Made by a program: the position numbers and the translations under genes | Notes under the pieces: generated by a model | The model's input: the letters and a program-made list of their open reading frames with translations, nothing else | The model's database searches: none | What the model was told of the DNA's origin: nothing | Assembly: GCA_964565505.1 (NCBI GenBank) | Contig: CAZMFF010000003.1 | Coordinates: 1,465 to 65,464 of the forward strand | Source: an uncultured Acutalibacter sp. | GTDB lineage: Bacteria; Bacillota; Clostridia; Oscillospirales; Acutalibacteraceae | Length of the DNA: 64,000 bases | Reading direction: 5' to 3' | Part shown: positions 49,506 to 56,654 of the stretch, in pieces | How the letters are laid out: each line of letters begins with the position of its first letter | How positions within the stretch are numbered: the stretch's first letter is position 1

Positions 49506-49619
49506 GTCTAACAACTAATATCTAACATCTAACAACTACCACGGGGAGAGCCAGGGGAAAGGGCACGCCCTTTCCCTTGACCTTGTCTAACAACTAATAT
49601 CTAATATCTAACAACTACC
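49506..49619 (+). repeat. repeat module A2 + B2 + A3: heptad array (49506-49540), GC hairpin (49553-49578), heptad array (49585-49619)
   Basis: CTA at 49508, 15, 22, 29, 36 and at 49587, 94, 601, 608, 615. 49561-49619 matches 49230-49288 with 3 mismatches in 59 nt. The anSME stop codon is the array UAG at 49603-49601. Confidence 0.9.
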
Positions 49620-50707
49620 TCTGCCACCCGCTCTAAGGGCTCCCGGCACTGGGTCAAAAATTCCCGGTAGCCGCAGAAGCCCGTGCGATTATCAAACAGG
49701 CTTTCATACATTCTTGCACAGCCTCCGTGACAGAAATTCTCATAGGGGCAACCCTCGCAGGCGCTTCTGTCCCCCTTTTCCCGGGAGATGAATTCCCGGG
49801 CCTTTTGGGATCCCTTCAACTCCTTCACAGAGTTCTCCAGAAAGCTTCCCAGCTTCCACCGGTCCAGCACAAAAAAGTCGCAGGGATAAACGCTGCCGTC
49901 CGCTTCCACAACAAATTGGTTCTGACAGTTTCCCGTCAGACCGCAGGCAGTCACCCGCCGGTAAGCAAGGAGGCCCAGCACATCGTCAAAAAACTTGACG
50001 CTCACATAATTTCCCTTGAGAAAGGCCTCGCTCCAAAGGCGGAACAGCCGGGTATAAAAAGAGGCGAAACGCTTGGGGCTTAAGGCCCAGGGCTCAGGCG
50101 CTTCCTCCCCCAGCTCCTTGAGGCAGGGAATGAACTGCACGAAGGAGATCTTCTCCGAAAGGAGGAATTTCCACACCTGCTCCGGATGGCGCGCGGTGCT
50201 TTCCGTCAGCACCCACAAAATATTATAGGGGACCTGTGCCTTTTCCAAAAGGGCTTTGGCGTTTATCACCCTTTTCCAGGTTCCCTTACCCTCGGCATCC
50301 ACCCGGTTCTCATCGTGGAACTGCGCGGCTCCGTCCAGAGAAAGCCCTACGAGGAAATGATTTTCCCGAAGAAAGGCGCACCATTTCTCATCCAGCAGGA
50401 TCCCGTTGGTCTGAAGGCCGTAATGGACCTGCACCTTCTTTTCCTGCTTTTTGACCTGCGCCGCGAAGTCTTCAAAATAGGAAAGCCCCGCCACGGTGGG
50501 CTCGCCGCCCTGAAACAGGAAGGAGACCTCGTCTCCGTCTTTCAGCTCTTCGTAAACCCGCTGCACGAGCCGCTCGGTCACATCCTTCTTCATTACTCCG
50601 TAGGAGGGGATCTCCCGGCGGCGGCTGACATCGGCGTAAAAGCAGTATCGACAGCGCAGATTGCAAAGAGAGGACGCAGGTTTGATCAAAAATGAATAGC
50701 GGGCCAT
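49601..50707 (-). CDS. anaerobic sulfatase-maturating enzyme (radical SAM/SPASM)
   Basis: MARYSFLIKPASSLCNLRCRYCFY carries the CxxxCxxC motif. FLFQGGEPT, VVEADGSVYPCDF and C-terminal SPASM cysteines are collinear with clostridial anSME as I recall it. Start at 50707; the 111-codon upstream extension in the track is non-coding-looking. Confidence 0.9.
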   Translation of the reverse strand: MARYSFLIKPASSLCNLRCRYCFYADVSRRREIPSYGVMKKDVTERLVQRVYEELKDGDEVSFLFQGGEPTVAGLSYFEDFAAQVKKQEKKVQVHYGLQTNGILLDEKWCAFLRENHFLVGLSLDGAAQFHDENRVDAEGKGTWKRVINAKALLEKAQVPYNILWVLTESTARHPEQVWKFLLSEKISFVQFIPCLKELGEEAPEPWALSPKRFASFYTRLFRLWSEAFLKGNYVSVKFFDDVLGLLAYRRVTACGLTGNCQNQFVVEADGSVYPCDFFVLDRWKLGSFLENSVKELKGSQKAREFISREKGDRSACEGCPYENFCHGGCARMYESLFDNRTGFCGYREFLTQCREPLERVAEVVVRY

Positions 50708-50864
50708 TTTCCTCCCCTTCCCTTTCTCCCGGCACATTCGCCGGCTCTTTTCCTCTATTCTATTCCATTTTTGCCTGAAACACAAGGGAACCTTTTCCTT
50801 GTGCTTTTTCCCTTTTTCTGATAAAATTTTGAAAAGAGAGTTTCCATATGTGGGAGGAAAGCCT

Positions 50865-51923
50865 ATGCCGGTCAAAATCATCAAAGAGTCCCTTGCCGGG
50901 AGACGGATCCTGTTAGTCAGCGATATCCACGGGAACCTTCCCCTGTTTCGGGAGCTGCTTGAAAAGATGGAATATGAGGCGGGGCAGGACGCGCTGGTGA
51001 TCTTGGGCGATCTGATCGAAAAGGGCAGAGAAAACCTCAAAACTCTGCGCTTTGTGATGGAGCTTCAAAAAAAGCCCTTTGTCTATGTGCTTCGGGGCAA
51101 CTGCGACCAGCCCGGAGAGGATGAGGACCGCCTGCTGCAATACCTCGCCTGGTTTCAAGAGCGCACTCTGTTCGGGGAGATGGCAAAAGAGCTGGGGATC
51201 TCCCTGCCCCAGAAAAAAGAGGAGCTTGCCGCTTTTCAGGCAAAGCTCTGGGACGCCTTTCCAAAGGAGCTTTCTTTTCTTCAAGCCCTTCCCCATATTC
51301 TGGAAACGCCTGATTATCTCTTCGCACACGCGGGCCTTTCGGGAGAAACACTTTCGGAGGAATCACCCGATTTTGTACTGTCCACTCCCCTTTTCGGCAA
51401 GCTGCCGGGAAAAGCCTTCCCAAAGCTTCTGGTGGTGGGCCATTATCCCACGGCCAACTACCGGGAAAACTGCCTGGATAACTCCCCCTACTATAACGAG
51501 CAGCGCAATGTGCTGTCCATCGACGGGGGCAATGTGGTAAAAACAGCCGGAGAATTAAACGGCGTGATCCTGGAAAACGGCCGGGAAGGGTTTTCGTGGA
51601 CCTATACCGACCCGTATCAAAAGATCGCAGCTCCCTGCGCGGGGGAGGCTGCTCCCGGCATTGCCGTCATGTGGCCGAACCACCAGGTAGAGCTTATCTC
51701 CCGAGGGGAGGAGTTCTCCCAGTGCCGCGTTGCCGCCACAGGAACTTCTATAGAGGTTCCAAACGACCTGCTTTTTAGGCGGGAGGAGAAATGGTTCTGC
51801 CGAGATATGACAAACTGCCGTCTCGCTGTCGAAAAGGGAGAAACGGTAAGCCTTATCAAGGAGTACAGCGACCGGCTGATGATCCTGAAGGGCGGAAAGG
51901 TGGGCTTTCTCTTTAAGGCTTGA
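50865..51923 (+). CDS. metallophosphoesterase (calcineurin-like) with an extra C-terminal domain
   Basis: ILLVSDIHGN, LGDLIEKG, RGNCD and GHYP motifs. ATG 50865 follows GGGAGGAAA. Confidence 0.8.
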   Translation: MPVKIIKESLAGRRILLVSDIHGNLPLFRELLEKMEYEAGQDALVILGDLIEKGRENLKTLRFVMELQKKPFVYVLRGNCDQPGEDEDRLLQYLAWFQERTLFGEMAKELGISLPQKKEELAAFQAKLWDAFPKELSFLQALPHILETPDYLFAHAGLSGETLSEESPDFVLSTPLFGKLPGKAFPKLLVVGHYPTANYRENCLDNSPYYNEQRNVLSIDGGNVVKTAGELNGVILENGREGFSWTYTDPYQKIAAPCAGEAAPGIAVMWPNHQVELISRGEEFSQCRVAATGTSIEVPNDLLFRREEKWFCRDMTNCRLAVEKGETVSLIKEYSDRLMILKGGKVGFLFKA

Positions 51924-51982
51924 CCCACCGTGAGCCTTGGGGGAGAGCCTGACAGAATTTTTTATAAAAACAGGAATTCTTC

Positions 51983-52011
51983 TTGATTTTTCTTTCAGAG
52001 AGTGCTAAGAT
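51983..52011 (+). promoter_or_regulatory. candidate sigma-A promoter of the hyd maturase operon leader
   Basis: TTGATT (51983-51988), a 17-nt spacer, then TAAGAT (52006-52011). Confidence 0.45.
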
Positions 52012-52092
52012 AAGAGCGTATCCTGACGCCAAAAACCATGTTTGAGGGGAAAGGTTCGGCAAAAGCGCTCTTCTTTTTCAAAAGAGTTTGTT

Positions 52093-52123
52093 CCGCCGTG
52101 CCTTTTCGGGCACGGCGGTTTTT
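52093..52123 (+). terminator. intrinsic terminator inside the hyd operon leader (attenuator candidate)
   Basis: CCGCCGUGCC-uuuucg-GGCACGGCGG followed by UUUUUGUUU. It ends 36 nt before the ATG at 52160. Confidence 0.7.
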
Positions 52124-52159
52124 GTTTCGGCGGGAAATCCTCTCAAAAGGAGACAGAAG

Positions 52160-52411
52160 ATGGACACACGCATCGCCGTCATCGGCATTGTAGTGGAACA
52201 GGCGGATTCCGTGGAGGCCTTAAACGAGATCCTTCACGAGTACCGGGACTATATCATCGGCCGGATGGGGATCCCCTACCGTCAGAAAAACCTGAGCATT
52301 ATCAGCATCGCAGTGGACGCTCCACAGGATGTGATCTCCGCCCTTTCCGGGAAGGTGGGAAAGCTGCCCGGCGTGTCCTCCAAAACGGCTTACTCGGCGG
52401 TGAAGCCATGA
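52160..52411 (+). CDS. TM1266-type ACT-like protein (putative iron-only hydrogenase system regulator)
   Basis: 83 aa, MDTRIAVIGIVVEQADSVEALNEILHEYRDYIIGRMGIPYRQKNLSIISIAVDAP. AAAAGGAGA SD. The stop overlaps the hydE start (ATGA). Confidence 0.8.
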   Translation: MDTRIAVIGIVVEQADSVEALNEILHEYRDYIIGRMGIPYRQKNLSIISIAVDAPQDVISALSGKVGKLPGVSSKTAYSAVKP

Positions 52412-53460
52412 AACGGCAGTGGGAGCTGTGTGAAAAGCTTTCGGAAACTCACGATCTGAGCGCGGAAGAGCTTTTGTCTCTGCTGACCGGGCGCACTCCG
52501 GAAACAGACCGGTATTTGCAGGAAAGGGCTTGTGAGGAATGTCTTTCTCACTATGGAGACCGGGTGTTTCTCCGGGGGCTCATCGAATTTACCAATTTCT
52601 GCAAAAACGATTGCTTTTACTGCGGGATCCGAAAGGGAAATCCATCTGTAAAGCGATACCGCCTTACAGAGGAGGAGATCCTTTCCTGCGGGGAGTACGG
52701 CTATGAGCTGGGCTTTCGCACCTTTGTCCTGCAAGGCGGCGAGGACCTCTATTTTTCGGACGACCGCCTGTGTCAGATCGTATCCGCCCTGAAAAGACGG
52801 TTTCCGGAATGCGCCGTCACCCTCTCTGTGGGAGAGCGCACAAAAGAGAGTTATCAGAAGCTTTTTCAGGCGGGGGCTGACCGGTATCTATTGCGTCACG
52901 AGACGGCAGACTGCGCCCATTACCGAAGACTGCATCCCCCTGAAATGAGCTATGAAAACAGGATGCAGTGCCTGAGGGACCTTAAGGAGATCGGGTTTCA
53001 AACCGGCTGCGGCTTCATGGTGGGCTCTCCCTTCCAAACGCCGGAGACTCTTGGAAAGGATCTGCGGTTTATAAAAGATTTCCAGCCTCATATGGTGGGC
53101 ATCGGCCCTTTTCTCCCCCAAAAGGATACCCCCTTCCGGGATTTTCCCAAGGGTTCAGGGGAATTGACGCTCTTTTTGCTTTCGGTGATCCGCCTGCTTT
53201 TGCCGAAAGTGCTGCTGCCCGCTACAACGGCTCTCGCCACCCTGCTTCCAAAAGGGAGGGAGCTTGGGATCTTGCACGGCGCCAATGTGGTGATGCCCAA
53301 TCTCTCCCCTTATAAGGCAAAGGAAAATTATACCCTGTATGACAATAAGCTGTCTTCCGGGCAGGAGGCGGCGCAGGGGCTCATACAGCTGAAAGAGAGC
53401 CTGCAAAAAATCGGCAGAACCGCCACGGGCATGAGGGGCGACAGCCTCATGGACCCGTGA
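52408..53460 (+). CDS. hydE: [FeFe]-hydrogenase H-cluster radical SAM maturase HydE
   Basis: FLRGLIEFTNFCKNDCFYCGIR carries the CxxxCxxC motif in a BioB-like fold. Start at 52408; the track ORF is over-extended by 122 codons. Confidence 0.9.
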   Translation: MKRQWELCEKLSETHDLSAEELLSLLTGRTPETDRYLQERACEECLSHYGDRVFLRGLIEFTNFCKNDCFYCGIRKGNPSVKRYRLTEEEILSCGEYGYELGFRTFVLQGGEDLYFSDDRLCQIVSALKRRFPECAVTLSVGERTKESYQKLFQAGADRYLLRHETADCAHYRRLHPPEMSYENRMQCLRDLKEIGFQTGCGFMVGSPFQTPETLGKDLRFIKDFQPHMVGIGPFLPQKDTPFRDFPKGSGELTLFLLSVIRLLLPKVLLPATTALATLLPKGRELGILHGANVVMPNLSPYKAKENYTLYDNKLSSGQEAAQGLIQLKESLQKIGRTATGMRGDSLMDP

Positions 53461-53533
53461 GCGCTTCAAAATATGAAACCGCCTGTGCTTTCACAGGCCT
53501 GACGGGAAAGAAGCTTCTGACCCAAAAGAAAGG

Positions 53534-54961
53534 ATGAGAAAAATGTACGATCCCAAATCTATGAAAGCGGAGGAATTCATCTCTCACGAGGAGATCCTCG
53601 ACACTCTGCACTACGCCGAGGAAAACAAAAACAACTTGGCCCTGGTGGACGAGATCCTCCAAAAGGCCGAAAAGAGAAAGGGCTTATCCCATCGGGAGGC
53701 CTCCGTCCTGCTTGCCTGCGAGGACCCGGAAAGGCTTCAAAGGCTTTACGCCCTGGCCCGGCAGATCAAAGAGGATTTCTACGGCAACCGCATCGTCATG
53801 TTTGCCCCCCTCTATCTTTCCAACTACTGCGTCAACGGCTGCGTGTACTGTCCGTATCATTTGAAAAACAAGCATATCGCAAGGAAGAAGCTGACACAGG
53901 AGGAGATCGTCCGGGAGGTCACCGCCCTGCAGGATATGGGACACAAGCGCCTGGCCATTGAAGCGGGGGAAGACCCCGTCAATAACCCCATCGAGTATAT
54001 TCTGGAATGTATCAACACCATCTACTCCATCAAGCACAAAAACGGGGCCATCCGCCGGGTGAATGTAAATATCGCGGCCACCACTGTGGAAAATTACCGG
54101 AAGCTCAAAGAGGCGGGCATCGGCACCTATATCCTCTTCCAGGAGACCTACCACAAGGAAAGCTATGAAAGCCTGCACCCCACCGGCCCCAAGCACAATT
54201 ACGCCTACCACACTGAGGCGATGGACCGGGCCATGGAGGGCGGCATCGACGATGTGGGCCTGGGGGTGCTGTTCGGGCTGGAGCTTTACAAATACGAGTT
54301 TGCAGGGCTTTTGATGCACGCGGAGCATCTGGAGGCCGTCCACGGCGTAGGCCCCCACACCATCAGCGTGCCCCGCTTGAAGAGGGCGGACGATATCGAC
54401 CCCGATACCTTTGACAACGGCATCGACGATGAGATCTTTGCGAAGATCTGCGCCTGTATCCGGGTCTCGGTACCCTATACCGGGATGATCATCTCCACCA
54501 GAGAGAGCAAGGCTGTCCGGGAGAAGGTGCTGCCCTTGGGCGTCTCTCAAATCAGCGGCGCTTCCCGCACCAGCGTAGGCGGCTACTGCGAGCCGGAGCC
54601 GGAGGAGGAAAACTCAGAGCAGTTCGACGTCAGCGACAAGCGCACGCTGGACGAGGTGGTGCGCTGGCTCATGGAGCTTCACTATATCCCCAGCTTCTGC
54701 ACGGCCTGCTACCGGGAAGGGCGCACCGGAGACCGGTTCATGACCCTTCTGAAAAACGGCCAGATCTTAAACTGCTGCCACCCCAACGCCCTGATGACCT
54801 TGAAGGAATTCCTGATGGATTACGCCTCTCCGGAAACAAAAAAGCTGGGGGAGGAGATGATCGCCCGGGAAGTGGAAAAGATCCCCGGGGAAAAGGTGAG
54901 GCAGATCGCCAAGGAGCGGCTGGAAAAAATCGAAAACGGGATCCGGGATTTCCGGTTCTGA
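53534..54961 (+). CDS. hydG: [FeFe]-hydrogenase H-cluster radical SAM maturase HydG
   Basis: ThiH-like, with LYLSNYCVNGCVYCPYH as the radical SAM motif. The C-terminal auxiliary-cluster motif is CEPEPEE...SFCTACYR. The start could be the Met at 53543. Confidence 0.92.
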   Translation: MRKMYDPKSMKAEEFISHEEILDTLHYAEENKNNLALVDEILQKAEKRKGLSHREASVLLACEDPERLQRLYALARQIKEDFYGNRIVMFAPLYLSNYCVNGCVYCPYHLKNKHIARKKLTQEEIVREVTALQDMGHKRLAIEAGEDPVNNPIEYILECINTIYSIKHKNGAIRRVNVNIAATTVENYRKLKEAGIGTYILFQETYHKESYESLHPTGPKHNYAYHTEAMDRAMEGGIDDVGLGVLFGLELYKYEFAGLLMHAEHLEAVHGVGPHTISVPRLKRADDIDPDTFDNGIDDEIFAKICACIRVSVPYTGMIISTRESKAVREKVLPLGVSQISGASRTSVGGYCEPEPEEENSEQFDVSDKRTLDEVVRWLMELHYIPSFCTACYREGRTGDRFMTLLKNGQILNCCHPNALMTLKEFLMDYASPETKKLGEEMIAREVEKIPGEKVRQIAKERLEKIENGIRDFRF

Positions 54962-54986
54962 GCATCCGAAAAGGAGGAATTTTCAA

Positions 54987-56186
54987 ATGGGACTTCTGGA
55001 GACTCCCAGCGGGGAACGGGTGCATATCGCCTTTTTCGGCAGGCGCAACGCAGGAAAATCCAGCCTGGTAAACGCTGTGACCGGTCAGGCCCTTTCCGTG
55101 GTGTCCGATATCAAGGGCACCACCACGGACCCGGTGTACAAGGCCATGGAGCTATTGCCCTTAGGGCCTGTGGTCATCATCGATACTCCCGGCTTTGACG
55201 ATGAGGGGAAGCTGGGCGCTTTGCGGGTGCAAAAGGCAAAGGAGGCCCTCAGCAGGACCGACTGCGCCGTGCTGGTCATCGATGCCAAAGAGGGGAAAAA
55301 GCCCGCAGACGAAGCGATTCTCGCCCTTTTTCAGGAGAGAGGGATCCCCTACCTGATCGCTTACAATAAAAGCGATCTGGTTTCTAAAGAGAGCTGCGGG
55401 GAAAACGAGATCGCCGTCAGCGCGTTAAGGGGCGACCATATTTTTGAGCTCAAGGAGCGCATTGCAGGGCTTACGGGAGAAAAGAAAGACCCCAGAAGAC
55501 TTTTGGGAGACCTTTTGAGCCCGGGAGACACGGTAGTGCTGGTGACCCCCATCGACAGCGCCGCCCCCAAGGGCAGGCTGATCCTGCCCCAGCAGCAGGC
55601 GATCCGGGATATTCTGGATTCGGACTGCACCGCCTTTGTCACCAAGGAGAACGGTCTCAAAGAGACCCTTTTAAAGCTTTCCTCTCCGCCGCGCATGGTG
55701 GTGACGGACAGCCAGGCCTTCGCAAAGGTAAACGCAGACACCCCGAAGGAGATCCCTCTGACCTCCTTCTCCATCCTCATGGCCCGCTACAAGGGCTTTT
55801 TGGAAGGGGCCGTCAAGGGGGCAGCCGCCTTAAACACCCTCTCAGACGGCGACCGCGTCCTGATCGCGGAGGGCTGCACACACCACCGGCAATGCGGGGA
55901 TATCGGCACGGTAAAGCTTCCGAACTGGCTTTCACAGTACACCGGAAAAGCGCTTTCCCTCACCCATGTTTCCGGCCGGGAGTTTCCGGAAGACCTCTCC
56001 CCCTTCCGGCTGGTGATCCACTGCGGCGGCTGTATGCTTACCGAGCAGGAAATGAAGTTCCGGGAAAGCTGTGGGAAAAGGGCGGGGGTCCCCTTTACCA
56101 ATTACGGGGTGGCCATCGCTCAGATGAAGGGGATCCTGAAGCGAAGCCTTTCCCTTTTCCCGAAGCTTGCCGGGATGCTCCCGTAA
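54987..56186 (+). CDS. hydF: [FeFe]-hydrogenase H-cluster maturation GTPase HydF
   Basis: G1 motif GRRNAGKSS, DTPG and NKSD. C-terminal cluster ligands are EGCTHH ... HCGGC. Confidence 0.92.
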   Translation: MGLLETPSGERVHIAFFGRRNAGKSSLVNAVTGQALSVVSDIKGTTTDPVYKAMELLPLGPVVIIDTPGFDDEGKLGALRVQKAKEALSRTDCAVLVIDAKEGKKPADEAILALFQERGIPYLIAYNKSDLVSKESCGENEIAVSALRGDHIFELKERIAGLTGEKKDPRRLLGDLLSPGDTVVLVTPIDSAAPKGRLILPQQQAIRDILDSDCTAFVTKENGLKETLLKLSSPPRMVVTDSQAFAKVNADTPKEIPLTSFSILMARYKGFLEGAVKGAAALNTLSDGDRVLIAEGCTHHRQCGDIGTVKLPNWLSQYTGKALSLTHVSGREFPEDLSPFRLVIHCGGCMLTEQEMKFRESCGKRAGVPFTNYGVAIAQMKGILKRSLSLFPKLAGMLP

Positions 56187-56201
56187 TAATCGGAGGCTTA
56201 C

Positions 56202-56258
56202 AAAAGCGCCCGCCCTGCAATGGGTAACCCATTGCAGGGCGGGCGCTTTTCCTCTTTT
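56202..56258 (+). terminator. very strong intrinsic terminator after hydF
   Basis: AAAAGCGCCCGCCCUGCAAUGGGU / ACCCAUUGCAGGGCGGGCGCUUUU, an arm of about 23 bp followed by a U-rich tail. Confidence 0.87.
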
Positions 56259-56444
56259 GGCAGTCTTGTTCTCAGAAGGAACTAAGGCCAAAAAAGATTG
56301 GACGGCATTCAGTTTTCATCAGATTTTGTTTTGAAATTGGAAAAGCCTCAATTTGCTGACGCAAACCATAAAATTCCGAAAGGGAGAAGCAAGAACTCTC
56401 TCCCTCAGTCACGGCTTTCTGCTTCAGAGGAAGCCAAGCCTTTA

Positions 56445-56525
56445 TCTAACGACTAACATCTCAAATCTAACAACTACCAAAGGGAGGCAAGTCTAATAAC
56501 TAATATCTAACATCTAATAACTACC
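56445..56525 (+). repeat. second locus of the heptad-array family: degenerate array A5 (56445-56478) and array A4 (56491-56525)
   Basis: CTA at 56446, 56453, (CTC at 56460), 56467 and 56474, then at 56493, 56500, 56507, 56514 and 56521. A4 is near-identical to A1/A2/A3. Both arrays are preceded by ...G(C)CAAG, as at the first locus. Confidence 0.88.
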
Positions 56526-56591
56526 AAGGCGGGAGCCGTTTCACGGCTCAGGGGTTCTTCTTAACAACAAGGGCTTCTTCCACTTCTATTC

Positions 56592-56651
56592 GAAGAATCT
56601 TGTCTTTTGCGAAAGCAAAAGGAAACTGCTTCGCAGTTTAAAAGATTCTTC
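56592..56651. other. nested palindrome able to fold as a three-stem junction (candidate structured RNA)
   Basis: The outer stem GAAGAAUCUU (56592-56601) / AAGAUUCUUC (56642-56651) encloses two hairpins: CUUUUGC-gaaa-GCAAAAG (56604-56621) and AAACUGC-uuc-GCAGUUU (56623-56639). Confidence 0.5.
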
Positions 56652-56654
56652 CTA

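Noticed and set aside
49287-49514. Two mirror ORFs inside the repeat core: 49305-49511(+), 68 aa with four Cys and a decent SD-like AGAGGGAG 7 nt upstream, and 49287-49514(-), 75 aa. I considered a RiPP precursor for the neighbouring radical SAM/SPASM enzyme.
   Set aside because: - Both strands are open only because the segment is fenced by the six-frame stop arrays.
- The sequence is built from repeated hairpin units, and the apparent SD is one of the repeated purine arms.
- The radical SAM gene is a clear anSME with cognate sulfatases nearby, and it is on the opposite strand.

Coding potential cannot be fully excluded without conservation or Ribo-seq data.
49173-49619. CRISPR array.
   Set aside because: The repeat unit is only 7 nt, or about 35 nt as an array. 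There are no unique spacers of 25-40 nt between equal repeats, and no cas genes are in the window.
49601-51040. N-terminal extensions in the ORF track. These are anSME 479 aa, hydE 472 aa (52042), histidine kinase 517 aa (10316), TM1266-like 107 aa (52088), addB (8941), spoIIR (9802), the ABC-F gene (15133), the AsrC-like gene (23012), DUF362 (30772), a sulfatase (45635) and mutY (21231).
   Set aside because: The extensions overlap upstream genes, promoters or terminators. They lack SD sequences and have non-protein-like composition. In every case an internal start with good SD spacing reproduces the canonical family N-terminus.
56592-56651. Hammerhead or other small self-cleaving ribozyme at the three-stem junction.
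   Set aside because: The junction strands are only 1-3 nt long and lack the CUGAUGA / GAAA hammerhead core. I could not map any other ribozyme core that I know onto it.
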